From Cetorhinus maximus (lineage: Eukaryota): DNA of 64,000 nt. The stretch spans positions 11,098,001-11,162,000 of the forward strand of contig NC_135901.1 in NCBI RefSeq assembly GCF_964194155.1. The letters are read 5' to 3'. Positions 24,055 through 36,910 of the stretch are shown here, piece after piece (the stretch's first letter is position 1; every line of letters starts with the position of its first letter). The notes under the pieces are model-generated. The model worked only from the letters and a program-made list of their open reading frames with translations. It made no database searches and was not told the DNA's origin. A program made the translations under genes and the position numbers.

Positions 24055-24372
24055 AGCTCACAATGCCCGGCTGATTGACAGCAGCTCCAGACCAATAGCA
24101 GGAGGGGGCGTGTCTGCGGCAGCGGCTGGTTTCAGAGCCAATCGGAGTGATGGAGGGGCGCGGCTAGGCTGCGACCGAAGCATGCGCAGTACTGGAATCG
24201 GAGCCGGAAGAAGGCGGTCGGGTTAAGATCACAAAGGGTGAGAAATGAAGCCGACGGCTGGAGATTGGAACCGGGGGGGGGGGGGGGGGGAGCCTGGAAA
24301 CCGCGCGCGAGCTCAGAGGGCGGGTGGAGATTATGAACCGGGGAGAGCCTGGAAACCGCGCGCGAGCTCGGG
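24055..24372 (+). promoter_or_regulatory. CpG-island promoter and exon 1 of ZNF-D
   Basis: Two CCAAT boxes (~24092, ~24139), GC boxes, NRF1 GCATGCGCA (~24179), ETS CCGGAAG (~24204), donor AAGG|GTGAGA at ~24238. Confidence 0.7.
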
Positions 24373-24377
24373 GCTCG

Positions 24378-24690
24378 GGGAGACGGTGGCCTAGTGGTAA
24401 TGTCACTGGGCTAGAAACCCAGAGACCCTGTTCTGAGGATATGGATTCAATTCAGTGAATAAATCTGGAATATAAACCTCGTCTCGGAAATTGTGACCAT
24501 AAAACTATCATGGGTTGTTTTAAAACCTCATCTGGTTCACCTGCGCTCCTTCAGGGAAGGAAATCTGCCAACCTACATGTGACCCCAGACCCACAGTGAA
24601 GTGGTTCACTCTGAAACCGTCCAGCAAGCCACTCAGTTCCAGGTCTATTGGGATGGGCAATGCCCACATCCCATCATAGAATAAAAAAAA
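24378..24690 (+). mobile_element. tRNA-derived SINE
   Basis: Same family as 6700-7005; A-rich end. Confidence 0.75.
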
Positions 24691-25335
24691 CATGGTGGCT
24701 GTGGGCCTGGAAACCCTGGTAAGAGGCCTGGTTTATGCAGGCAACTGTCTATCACCATCTTGGGAGGGGAAGGTGGGGGTGGGGGTGTAAATGGGTGGCC
24801 ATATTGGTGAGGGAATTGTCATTTGTGGGAGAGAATTCCAAACTTTTGTTTTTGTGTCAACAATTGTTACCCCATTTCAATCTGAAAGACCTGGCTACAA
24901 TTTTTAGACTATGCCCCTAGTCCACAACTCCCCAGTTAACAGAAATAATTTCTCTCTATCTTGGATAAATTCCTGGAAACACAATCCGAGTTTCAGTCAT
25001 CTCTCCTAATAAATTAATTTCAGGTATCACTGTGACTGGAAAAGCATCTGGATACACAAAGCCCTGGTCAGACGACATCTGGAGAACGGTGTTCAGTTCT
25101 GGGCAGGAAGGATACATTTTCCCTGGAGGGAGTGCAGCACAGATTTACCTGAACGATACCTGGACTCCAAGTGTTAAATTGTGAGGCGAGATGACACAAA
25201 GTTGCGTTGTATTCACTGGAATTTAGAAGATTAAGGGGTGATTTGATCAAAGTTGTCAAAATATTAATTGGAACTGAGTGGATAGATAGAGAGAAACAAT
25301 TTCCACCAGTTGGGGAATCTGGGACTGTTCAATGT

Positions 25336-25688
25336 CATTAATACCTTTGGTTAACAAAGATTGTTCAATGTCAGATTTAACATTAACATTGATCTTGCAT
25401 CAACCAGGGATGAGAACTGAACATCCAGGGGTATTCAGTATTTAGGAAGGACAGACAAAAAGGAAAAGGCGGTGGAGTTGCATTGCTGGTTAAAGAGGAT
25501 ATCAACGCAATAGTGGGCATAATGTAAACATGAGAGCTAGACCTTTCAGAAGTGAAGTTAGCAAACACCTCTACACACAAAGGGAGGTAGAAGTGAGGAA
25601 CTCTGTTCCACAAACAACAGTTGATGCAAGATCAATGTTAATGTTAAATATGACATTGAACAATCTTTGTTAACCAAAGGTATTAATG
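25336..25688. repeat. 69-bp inverted repeat (25336-25404 / 25620-25688) inside a CR1 remnant
   Basis: Arms are reverse complements with one mismatch. Confidence 0.9.
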
Positions 25689-26009
25689 GATGTGGAGCAA
25701 AGGCAAGTGTATAGAGTTAGATCACAGATCAGCCATGATCTCATTTCATGGTGGAACAGACACGAGGGACTAAATAGCCATCCCCTAGAATCATAGAAAC
25801 TTACAGCACAGAAAGAGGCCATTCAACCCTTTGTGCTTCTGCTGTCTCTTTGAAAGAGCAGTCATATTTAGACCCACTCACATGCATTCTGTTTGTAATC
25901 AGTAAATTCCTCATTCTCAAATCCCTGTCAACTTCCTTTTAAAATTCCCTGTAGAATCAGGTTCCAGAGGTCAAGAGTTCCCGATCCTGACAACTCCCTG
26001 TTGGTGCAG

Positions 26010-26330
26010 AAACTGCTGAACTCGACGTTGAGTTCCGGAAGGTTGTAAAGTGTCGAATCTAAAGATGAGCTGCTGTTCCTCAAGCTCCCATTGAGCTTCA
26101 TTGGAACAGCTCAGGTGGCCAAGGACAGAGAGGTCAGAGTGGGAGTGGAGCAAAGAATTAAAATGACAAGTGACCAGAAGCTCAGGGTCAAGCTCACAGA
26201 CTGAACAGAGGTTGTTCCACAAAGTGATCACCCAATTTGTGTTTGATCTTCCCAACGTAGAGCAGACCACATGGTGAGCACTGAATAAAGAAACTAAATG
26301 GAAAAAATTACAAGTAAATCACTGTTTGTT
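26010..26330 (-). mobile_element. Penelope-like (Neptune) endonuclease fragment
   Basis: CHFNS..HSHSDLSVLG..EAQWELEEQQLIFRFDTLQPSG in ORF 25971-26270. Confidence 0.75.
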
Positions 26331-26454
26331 GTAGGCCGAAGAAAGATGCTTCATTTGAAGAGTAAGGGTTACAAAGTAAAAGAAGGCGATTTCCAGAATA
26401 TTAAATCACCAGTCCAGTTACAGAGATTATTAACATCAGCAGAAACAAACCCAC

Positions 26455-26615
26455 ACTATCAGAATGAACATGGTTCAGTCCTGGATATGATGAACAGCAG
26501 AATCCAACCCCTGGGGTCTCTGCTGAACTCGCTGGTGTGTCAGCCGGTTGGATGATGGATTAAACCCCTTCTCACACATGGAGCAGGTGTCCGGCCTCTC
26601 CCCAGTGTGAACTCT
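26455..26615 (-). pseudogene. ZNF 3'-end remnant (K): one finger plus tail, antisense in the ZNF-D intron
   Basis: Reads [46 protein letters not shown]. Confidence 0.8.
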
Positions 26616-27115
26616 ATGCTGTGCGTCTTGAAGCTGATGGTTTTCCCCATGCACCAGCTGCTCATGTCTTTCCAGGTGGTGGGGGTCATGGGTTTGGAAT
26701 TTTCAAATTCTGGTTGAATTGCAGATCTATGAAATCCATCTCCTTTTCCCCTCCTCCACCTCTCACTCTCTCTTCTCCCATAGAGGCCAGAATCTTGTGT
26801 AGGTCCAGACTGGGAGGCAGGTTCCCTTCCCTTAAGGACATTAGTGAACCAGTTGGGTTTTTATGACAATCTGGTAGCTTCCATGGTCACATTTTCCTCG
26901 TGCTGGTCCCACAAATTACCAGATTCATTCACCTCAATGTCACAGCCTGTCCTTGTGTTTTTGTCGGTTCTGTTTCACAGTTCCTTGTTTATGTTTTAAA
27001 TTCATTTTGTAGAGTATTAGAAGGATTTTCAGTTTGGAAAGTCAAACCACTATCACATCAAAATCAGCCAGAGTCACTTGATTCATCAGGACCTGAATAT
27101 TATCATCCTTTGAAC

Positions 27116-28153
27116 ATGGAAGCAAAAAGCACCGTTCACACCAGGGAGAAACCGTGGAAATGTGGGGACTGTGGGAAGGTATTCAGATCCCCGTCTGATC
27201 TGGAAACTCATCGACGCAGTCACACCGGGGAGAGGCCATTCATCTGCTCCGTGTGTGGGAAGGGATTCATTCAGTTAGTCTGCCTTCAGAGACACCAGCG
27301 ACTTCACACTGGGGAGAGGCCGTTCACCTGCTCCGTGTGTGGAAAAGGATTCACTCTCTCATCCCACCTGCTGAAACACCAGCAAGTCCACGCTGAAAAG
27401 AGAGAGTTTAAATGCCCTGACTGTGAAAAGAGCTTTAAAAACCCACATGGACTGAGGGAGCACCAGCGCATTCACACCGGGTATGCACCGTTCAGCTGCT
27501 CACAGTGTGGGAAGAGGTTCAGGACATCGCCCCACCTTCTGACACATCAACGGGTTCACACTGACGAGAGACCTTTTAAATGTCCAGACTGTGGAAAGTG
27601 CTTCAAAGGTTCTGGGGATCTGCAATATCATCAACGTATTCACACTGATGAGAGACCGTTCAGGTGCTCTCACTGTGCGACTGGGTTCAGACGATCATCT
27701 GAACTTACTGTACATGAACGAGTTCACACTGGGGAAAGGCTGTTCACCTGCTCCAAATGTGGGAAGGGATTCACCCAGTCATCCAACCTGCTGACACACC
27801 AGCTAGTTCACACTGGGGAGAGGCCCTTCACCTGCTCTGAATGTGGAAAGGGATTCACACGACCATCCCACTTGCTCACACACCAGCGAGTTCACACCGG
27901 GGAGAGGCCATTCACCTGTCCCGTGTGTGGGAAGGGATTTAATCGATCATCCAACCTGCTGAGACACCAGCGAGTTCACACTGGGGAGAGACCCTTCACC
28001 TGTCCCGTGTGTGGGAAGGGATTTACTCATTCATCCAACCTGCTGACTCACCAGCGAGTTCACACTGGGGAGAGGCCCTTCACCTGCTCCGTGTGTGGGA
28101 AGAGATTTAATCGATCTTCTAACCTGCTGACACACCAGCGAATTCACACGTGA
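27116..28153 (+). CDS. ZNF-D, tandem C2H2 zinc-finger protein, 12 fingers, 345 aa
   Basis: Intact ORF; acceptor ttttgtag at 27012/27013; first in-exon ATG gives [16 protein letters not shown]. Confidence 0.88.
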   Translation: MEAKSTVHTREKPWKCGDCGKVFRSPSDLETHRRSHTGERPFICSVCGKGFIQLVCLQRHQRLHTGERPFTCSVCGKGFTLSSHLLKHQQVHAEKREFKCPDCEKSFKNPHGLREHQRIHTGYAPFSCSQCGKRFRTSPHLLTHQRVHTDERPFKCPDCGKCFKGSGDLQYHQRIHTDERPFRCSHCATGFRRSSELTVHERVHTGERLFTCSKCGKGFTQSSNLLTHQLVHTGERPFTCSECGKGFTRPSHLLTHQRVHTGERPFTCPVCGKGFNRSSNLLRHQRVHTGERPFTCPVCGKGFTHSSNLLTHQRVHTGERPFTCSVCGKRFNRSSNLLTHQRIHT

Positions 28154-28269
28154 CTGCACTGTTCAAATTCTGCTGCTGTTAATCAGATTCAGGAGTGAAC
28201 CTTATTAATTATGATATTGGGTAAGTGTTGTTGCTAATCACAGTATCCGGGCTGGAGTTGACAGAATTG

Positions 28270-28490
28270 TAAAGTGCCTTTCACAATCTCAGGACGTCTC
28301 TGTGCGCAGTAAACCTCCTCAACAGCAATGTGATCATGACCAGAAATGACCTGTTTTTAGTCAGATTGGTTGAGGGTGAAATATTGCCCTCACCATGGAG
28401 TGCGCCCCTGCTCTTCTTAAAAATAGCAGCCATGGGATCTTTCACATCCGCCTGAGAGAGCAGAAGGGACCCTCAGTTTAACATCCTCAC
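28270..28490 (-). mobile_element. SacSINE1-type DeuSINE fragment
   Basis: Reverse complement of the Deu-domain (cccctgctcttc..aaatag..ccatgggatctt..acatcc). Confidence 0.65.
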
Positions 28491-28689
28491 ATCTCCTTAT
28501 GTGGCTCAGGGTCATCACTCCTGTGAAGCCCCTTGGAATGTTTCTCACTGCGTGAAAGTAGCTTTATAAATATGAGATGAATGCGACATCACAGACATAG
28601 ATGTGTTGGGTAAAACTGAACCAGGCGCTGCCTGCAGCTGAGAGCCGAACACACGGGAACCGTCAACAACAATTGGAATGCTGCAGTTT

Positions 28690-29530
28690 TTATAATACCA
28701 TATAAAGAATATAAGGAACAGCAAAGAATGACTAAAATATTAATAAAGAAGGAGAAATTAGACTGCAAGAGAAAGCTATCTAGAAATATAAAAACAGGTG
28801 GAGTTTCGACAAGTATTTAAAAAGGAAAAGAATCAGTAAAGTGAGCATTGGTCCTCTGGAGAGTGAGTCTGGGGAATTAATGATGGAAAATAAGGAAATG
28901 GCGGACAAACACAACAGATTTTTGCGCCTGTCTTCACTGCAAAGAATACAAATAACCTGCCAGAAATGATTGTGAATCAGGAGGTGAAAGGGAGAGAGGA
29001 ACTTAAAACAATTACAGGGAACTTATAACAGGCACCAGGGAAAATTATTAGAACTAAAAACTGACAAGTCCCCTGGTCCTGATGGACTTCATCCTAAGGT
29101 CTTAAAAGAAGTGGCTGCTGAAATAGTAGATGCATTGGTTTTAATTTTCCAAAATTCCCTAGATTCTGGAAAGATCTCATCAGATTGGAAAATAGTGAAT
29201 GTGACTCTTCTATTCAAGGAGGGAGACAGAAAGCAGGAAACTACAGGCCAGTTAGTTTAACATATGTCATTGGGAAAATCCTAGAATCTATTATTCAGGA
29301 GGTTCTAATGAACACTTAAAAAGTCTCAATGTAATCAGGCAGCGTCAACATGGTTTTGTGAAACAGAAATCATGCCTGACTGATTTATTAGTGTTCTTTG
29401 GGGAAGTAACAAGCAACAAGCTAAGGGGAACCTGTGGATGTGCTGTACTTCGATTTCCAGAAGGCATTTGACAAAGTGTCACATCAAAGGTTACTGCACA
29501 AAATCAGAACTCATGGTGTAAAGGGCATTA
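28690..29530 (+). mobile_element. CR1 LINE ORF2 internal fragment
   Basis: KSPGPDGLHP, DWKIxNV, GNYRPVSLT and DFQKAFDKV motifs readable with frameshifts. Confidence 0.85.
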
Positions 29531-29536
29531 CAGATA

Positions 29537-32430
29537 GTTTATGGGGTATAACTCATTTGACCTGATGTCCCCATTTGTGTATTATCTAATAAATCATTTG
29601 GTTCACACTAGACTCAATCATCGGACAAGACTGAATACTTCAGATGGTAAATTTAAAAGATTTGTTAACAATTAAACGGTAGAAAGGTAACAAGTTAAAA
29701 AATTAGAAAACTAAGTTTCAATTAACAGTAAAAGGAAAAAGCTTAACAACTAAGCAGACTTCTCACACCTTCCTCGGGTGATCAAGCTGAAGGTGTGAAG
29801 TGATGCTAACCCTCTGCTCGCCCGTCGACAGTCGATCTTTCAGAATCCTGTCTCAAACACTCAGTGCGTGGATAACATGCCAGCAAAATGGCTTCTCCAC
29901 ACCTTCATTTGATCCCCTTAACTCTTATTTTCTTATCTCAAATTAGCCTAACTGTCAAACAATAATTAACTGTCTGCTTATTTATAATTTGTTTCTCACA
30001 TATGTGAGCATCTTTCCACACAGTAATAAAATGGGGCTACTCCCGATGTTTCAGTATCTGATTTTTAATAATTCTTCAATAATGCCTTATTCTTTACCCA
30101 TCTTTATGTTACTCCCCAAGGACATAAAGACTTCGACTTAGCACAACTTATCTTTCTAGATTGGTCTGTGAAAGATCATTTTACAATGCACTGTCTTATA
30201 ATGTACGTTTAGTACATTTAAAATTATGGGTAAGCATTACAGACTTTCTGTCCCAGGTTATATGTCCAGCCTTTACCAATACATCTATTGATTAATTGCT
30301 TATCCTTCAACTGTCTCACAATTGAGTCTCTCTACTTTGTTCAATCATTCCTGGCCGGTTTCCATTCATGCAGTAACTGGTTTATATTACTATCACAGAA
30401 TCACAGTGCAGAAGAGGCCCTTCGGCCCATCATGTCTGCACCAACACATGAGAAACACCTGACCTACCTACCTAATCCCATTTACCAGCCTTGCCTTGAA
30501 TGTTTTAACGTGCCAAGTGCTCATCCAGGTACTTTTTAAAGGATGTGAGGCAACCCGCCTCCACCACCCTCCCAGGCAGCGCATTCCAGACCGTCACCAC
30601 CCTCTGGGTAAAAAGGTTTTTCCTCACATCCTCCCTAAACCTCCTGCCCCTCACCTTGAACTTATGCCCCCTTGTGACTGACCCTTCAACTAAGGGGAAC
30701 AGCTGCTACCTATCCACCCTGTCCGTGCCCCTCATAATCTTGTACACCTCGATCAGGTCGCCCCTCAGTCTTCTCTGCTCCAATGAAAACAACCCAAGTC
30801 TATCCAACCTCTCTTCATAACGTGAATATTTCATCCCAGGCAACATCCTGGTGAATCTCCTCTGCACCCCCTCCAGTGCAATCTCATCCTTCCTATTATG
30901 TGGCGACCAGAACTGCACACAGTACTCCAGCTGTGGCCTCACCAAGGTTCTATACAACTCCAACATGACCTCCTTACTTTTGTAATCTATGCCTCAATTG
31001 ATAAAGGCAAATGTCCCAAATGCCTTTTTCACCACCCCACTAACTTGCCCCTCCACCTTCAGAGATCTATGGACACATGCCAAGGTCCCTTTATTCCTCA
31101 GAACTTCCTAGTGCCGTGCCATTCATTGAATACTTCCTTGTCAAATTACTCCTTCCAAAGTGTATCACCTCACACTTTTCAGGGTTAAATTCCATCTGCC
31201 ACTTATCTGCCCATTTGACCATCCCGTTTATATCTTCCTGTAGCCCAAGACACTCAACCTCACTGGTAACCACCCGGCCAATCTTTGTGTCATCCGCAAA
31301 CTTACTAAACCTACCCCCCGCATAGTCATCTATGTCGTTTATATAAATGACAAATAATAGGGGACCGAGCACAGATCCCTGTGGTACGCCACTGGACACT
31401 GGCTTCCAGTCGCTAAACATCCTGTCATCACCCTCTGCCTCCTACAACTAAGCCAATTTTGAATCAACCTTTTCAAATTACCATGTATCCCATGTGCATT
31501 TGCCTTCTTTATAAGTCTCCCATATGGGACCTTGTCAAAGGCTTTGCTGAAATCCATATAAACTACATCAACTACACTACCCTCATCTACACACCTGGTC
31601 ACCTCCTCAAAAAATTCATTCAAATTTATTAGGCATGACCTCCCTCTGACAAAGCCATGCTGACTATCCCTGATCAAACCTTGCCTTTCCAAGTGGAGAT
31701 AGATACTCTGCTTCAGAAATTTCTCCAAGAGTTTCCCTACCACTGACGTGAGACTCACTGGCCTGTAGTTCCCTGGCTTACATCTACAACACTTCTTAAA
31801 TAGTGGAACCACATTAGCTCTTCTCCAGTCCTCTGGCACCTCCCCCTTGGCCAGACAGGAATTAAAAATTTGGGTCAGAGCCCCTTCGATCTCCTCCCTT
31901 GCCTCCCTCAGTAGTCTGGGACACAACTCATCTGGACCTGAAGATTTGTTCACTTTTAAGCCTGCCAACACCTCCAATACCTTGTCACTCCCTATATCAA
32001 TTTGCTTAAGAACCTTGCAGTCTCTTTCACCGAGTTCGATAACCTTCCTCCTCACTCTCTTGGGTGAAGCCGGATGTGAAGTATTCATTCAACACTCGAG
32101 CGATGTCCTCTGGCTCCACCCATAGATTGCCCCCTTTGTCCCTACTCTTCCCCTGGTTATCCTCTTCCCATTGATATACTTATAGAATATCTTGGGATTT
32201 TCTCTACTTTTACCAGCCAGAGGTTTCTCATATCCCCTCTTTGCTCTCCTAATTGCTTTCTTAAGCTCCACCCTGCACTGTCTGTACTCCACTAATGCCT
32301 CAGCTGGTTTGCTTCCCTTGTACCTGCTAAAAGCCTCTCTTTTCCTTCTCATCATAACCTGAACATCTCTGGTCATCCATGTCTCCTGGATTAGTTCAAA
32401 ATGGCTTCTTGACCTGTTAGCTTACTAACA
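29537..32430 (-). mobile_element. LTR-like element split by a CR1 insertion
   Basis: Pieces 29537-30391 and 32389-32430; terminus resembles that at 8050-8080. Confidence 0.35.
30392..32388 (-). mobile_element. Relatively young 5'-truncated CR1 LINE (~2 kb, RT domain to 3' tail)
   Basis: ORFs 32089-32376, 31339-32088, 31091-31420 ([14 protein letters not shown]) and 30706-30966. Confidence 0.95.
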
Positions 32431-32599
32431 TCTGTTAGTTCCATCTATGGCCCAATCACAGTTGTTACAATAGACAGTCAAGTCACAATAGTTACATTGA
32501 TGGCCAACAAAACTGACAAAATTACTCCGGTTACAGTATCTCTCAGGATGTGGAATCGGTTGCACTGCCGTTCTTCTTTGGGCTGCATTAGAGGGCTTA

Positions 32600-34050
32600 A
32601 GTTGGTGTTTGGTGAGTTGAGGGAGTTCAGTGAAGAGGGAAGGAGGTGATCCTTTCATTTTCTATATTTTCTCTGCCTGCAGTAGCTGACTCTTACTTTG
32701 CTACAGTGGAAGCCTATAAAGCAGCAGGAGTTCAGGGAGAAAGAGAGAGTCCAAAAAGGCAGAGAGAGGGAGAGCCAGGAGTTTACAGAGAAAATCTAAA
32801 AGTGACATGACAGGAGTCCCATAAGTTGATTAGTTGGTAAGTATCGGCCTTTCCCGACTCACCACAGAGAAGAGAGACAATTGGTAAGTGACAGGTTGGT
32901 TATTATATTGTACCATACTGTAGTAAACAGTTTATATAAAGTTTAAGATATGGGACTGCAGCTTGGCCATGTGGAATGTGCATCCTGCAAGATGTGGTAA
33001 CTTGTGCAGGCACAAAGTGCCTTCGATGACTATATCTGTAGGAAGTGTCACCAGCTGGAGAAACTTGAGCTGCAGGTTGCGGAACTTGAGCAGCGGCTGG
33101 AGTCTGTGGCGCATCCACAAGGCTGAGGATTATGTGGATAGCACGTTAAGAAAGGTGGTCACACTGCAGCTAAGAAGTACACAGCAGAGAGGGAATGGGT
33201 GATCTCCATAGTATCTGAAAGAAACAGGCAGGAAGTGCAGAAATCCCCTGAGGTTATCTTGCTCTCTAACTGCTTTTCCATTTTGGATACTGCTGATCAA
33301 GATGGTTCCTCAGAGGACTGTAACAAGAGCCAAGATTGTGGCTCAGCTGCACAAGAGAGAGCAGAAAGTGTGGAAAAGGTATAGTGGTAGGGGATTCCAT
33401 AGTTAGGGGAGCAGACAGTTGTTTCTACAGCTATAGGCCTGACTCCAGGATGGTATGTTGCCTCCCTGGTGCCAGGGTCAAGGATGTCACAGAGTGGCTG
33501 CAGGACATTCTTTTGGCAGAGGGTGAACAGCCAGAGGTCATGATCCACATTGGGACCAATGACATAGGTAGGAAAAGGAATAAGGCCCTGAAAGCAGATT
33601 TTAGGGAGTTAGGGAGGGAATTAAAGAGCAGGACCTCAAGAGTTAGTAATCCCAGGATTACTCCCAGTGCCACGTGCTCGTGAACATAACAATAGAAAGA
33701 TTGAGCTGTTCAACATTTGGCTGGAGAAATGAAGTAGGAGGGAGGGCTTTGGACTTCTGAGGCATTAGGATCGGTTCTGTGGCAGGTGGGATCTGTACAA
33801 GAAGGACGGGTTATACCTTAACAGGACTGGGACTAATGTCTTTGTTGGGAGGTTTGCTAGTGCTGTTGGGGAGGGTTTAAACTAGATTGGGAGAGGGGTA
33901 GGAACCTGAAGGAAAAATCAGATTGGAGAGCAGAAAAACTGACAGTGGGAAATAGTGAAGTATTAACTGATAAGGGGGATACATCAGAGAGTAGCACCGA
34001 GGTAAGTAGAATACTTAGGGAGTTTGATAGAATCAGAGTAGGCAATAGTA
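32600..34050 (+). mobile_element. CR1 LINE 5'UTR and degraded ORF1 (zinc finger/leucine zipper plus SGNH esterase)
   Basis: VECASCKMW..YICRKCHQLEKLELQVAELEQRL at ~32970-33105; VVGDSIVRG..CCLPGARV..IHIGTNDI in ORF 33336-33683. Confidence 0.85.
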
Positions 34051-34069
34051 AGTCATTGGATGGGGTCAG

Positions 34070-36910
34070 ATTGGTCAAGACATTGCCCTGAGGAATGAGT
34101 CAGCAAATGGCTGTCACTTATTCTGTTCAATTGAAACAGACACAATCTTTGTACATGTTCTTTCTGTCTGCAAAGAACAGGGCCTTGTGTCTTAATAGAT
34201 GTAGCTTCCAGTAGACGCAATGCACCACATTGCACGCCTGACTGGCAATCTTAAATTGGTTGTGAGTGTAATTCTAAGCACATTGAGGGTTACTTAGCAA
34301 ATGTCCAATTGTAGAATCACATCTAATGTTGGCCACTGTGTTTTGAGTTTTGCAAGCACGGGCTGGTTGTCTACAGTCTGTACCCTGCCGGTTGTGAACA
34401 GCGGCTGGGACATGCAGTTTGATAAGATCTGCCCGTCTTTGGGATGTACAGCCTACATACCCAGCATCACACTGGCACTGAAATTTATATACCACATTAC
34501 TCATTTGTGTGATAGGTAAAATGTCTTTTTGGCTTGATGGCAGCATTCTTTTAGTGGTGACTACCATTCATGTTGCTGCTGCATAGTAGCAGCATGAAAC
34601 TGCTAGCTTCATCTGTTGCATACATTTTTCAGATACCTTGCCCTTCCTGAGGTAGACTGGGCACTTTTCAGGGCCGAAAGTGGCAGCAGAAAGTTCTCAG
34701 TACCATTTGAACTTAAATTCCAATTTTGTTCATTTGAGACTTTAACGATTCAGGCAATAGGAAACAAGTGATTCAGGAAACTTTAATAAGTTCTAAGTTC
34801 ATACTTATCACAGCAGGGCAGTGACTTTACAGGCGTACTACGGTTCTTGCTTCCCGGTTCAGCTCTGGATGCAGGTCGACACTTGGTCTTCTTTCTCTCT
34901 CTGGAGCCTTCTGGTTTTCTGCTTTCAGCCGACAAGCAGTTTTCAGTTTCAAATTCAGCGTGGCTTGGTGAAAGCTGCTGCTTATTAACTCTTTACAAGT
35001 CACAATCCACAGTATGATCAATGATATTGCATTCTCATTGGCCTAAACAAGGCGAGGCTATTTTCTAATTGGCTCAAGGGGTGTGTGATCAATCTGTGAT
35101 TGGTTCCTAAGGGTGATGGTCATCGACTGATGTCACCTACCAGTATCCCTTGACTGGTTCCTTAAAATTCCAGTTACTTATAGGACCATCCTCCTCATTA
35201 AAGTTTGTTTCTGTTATTTTAATAACTTCTTGCCAAGATAAAATGAGGTTTTATGATATCTTCCTTGGCTATTTGTTCAGTATGCTGTCATGCCTCATGA
35301 ATGATACCTTGAGATGGTTGTCTCAAACTTTGCTGAATTGGTGCAGGTTCCTTATTAAATCAGAACCTTTATCAGTAACTTTGTTTACGAGGCCATTTGC
35401 TAGGTGTTTCTTTTTTGTGCTGTTGGTAATTGTTACTTTACTTTTAAAACAAAGGATAGAATAGAAAAGTTGCTTAAGACTATGTAGGCCTATTACAGAA
35501 GATTACAAAATAGGTAATACTTAAAAGTTATAAGAGTGCGTATAAAATATAAGTGCATATCAATAATTAGTGTTTAAAATGTAGGTCGTAAAGTCTCCTT
35601 CTACATTCAGTTATTACATAGTGATAAAAATCTAAAAGGATAATACAGTTACAAAACACAATGTTATAAAAATTAACAACAAAGATTAAAACAAAGAATA
35701 CATTGAGCCAAATGTAATTGCTTTCTTCGAAAACACTATAAATTAAAACTAGCTTAAGGTAGAACACAGCTGTTGTTATTCTTTCCCTCCTCTCTACAAT
35801 AAATCCTTCCTAACTTTCCTTTCCTGATAACACCAGGTTTCGATAAGGTATTACGATGTGGGGGGATGTAAGCTTGCCCATTCAACCTTGAAAGTGGCAA
35901 GTTCTCACAATGTGGCTCTGTGAAATGGAAATGCATACAACAGGGGCCTCTTCAGCAGTTGTTCTGTAATTAACTCATTAGTATGTTACCTCCATTGTGT
36001 CTAAAGTCCTGTGGTGCCTTTATTTGTCAAGTGAAGCTAAGCAGAGTCACATGATATTAAATGCTGAAGTCCTCTATTGGTTACAGTTTAAAAGGATAAT
36101 ATACCATAAAGTTAATTGATCAATATAATTTGATCGTGTGATCTAAACTAAGACTAATCAATAAACATCAATTTCCCTATATGGCCTTAGGCCCGTTCAT
36201 GAGTTTGCATGATGTACAGCACAAAACAATTTGATCAGGGTGGCCATTATTCCTCAGGATGCCTTTGATGTGCCCTATTTACAAAGTTGTCGATAGGGCC
36301 AGTCTTATAGTGTGTGCAGCTGTAAGAATCCCAATGCGTATGTTGACCAATGAAGGCTCTATCCTGTACTCAAATTCACCTTTGAAATGGAGCAGTCAAA
36401 TGAACTCCCTTTCCTTGACATACTAGTTGAGAAATCTGCCAGGGGATTATCTACCACGGTCTACCACAGGCCTACCTTCAATGTGCTAAGAATTATGCTG
36501 ACAACCAATTTAAGATTGTCAGTTGGGCTTGCAATGTGGCACATTTGCATGTACAGGAAGCTACATATATTAATACACAGGGCCCTGTTCTTTGCAGGCA
36601 GAAAGAACAAGTACATACATTGTGTCAGTTTCAGCTAAACAAAATAAGTGACAGTCAATCGCTGACTCATTCCTCAGGGCAATGTCTTGACCAATCAGGG
36701 TCAAACTACCTGGTTTAAATTTCAAACAATGCTTGGAAGCTAACTGTCAGTCACCATCAGTGGTGCATTCCCCATGGCAATGCCAGTTGCCAACCAATCA
36801 GCACTCTCTTCACATACAGTATAAATTGTTGTTACACCCTTATATTAGTATTCTTGCAAGTGTCCTGATGAGTGCAAGATGAAAAGCTTAGACGTGTCTC
36901 CTTTTCCAGT
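34070..36910. mobile_element. Penelope-like (Poseidon type) element pieces, partly inverted, interrupted by a 1.5-kb insertion
   Basis: NVVYKFQCQCDAGYVGCTSQR (34274-34567, minus); ELPFLDILV (36387 onward, plus); hammerhead motif at 36861-36894. Confidence 0.75.
34685..36181. mobile_element. Unclassified ~1.5-kb insertion (LTR-like)
   Basis: Splits Penelope sequence that is contiguous at ~54300-54330; possible TGGC target duplication; multiple ATTGG boxes. Confidence 0.4.

Noticed and set aside
33336-33683. Cellular GDSL/SGNH lipase gene
   Set aside because: It is the esterase domain of CR1 ORF1, preceded by the CR1 zinc finger/leucine zipper and broken by frameshifts and stops
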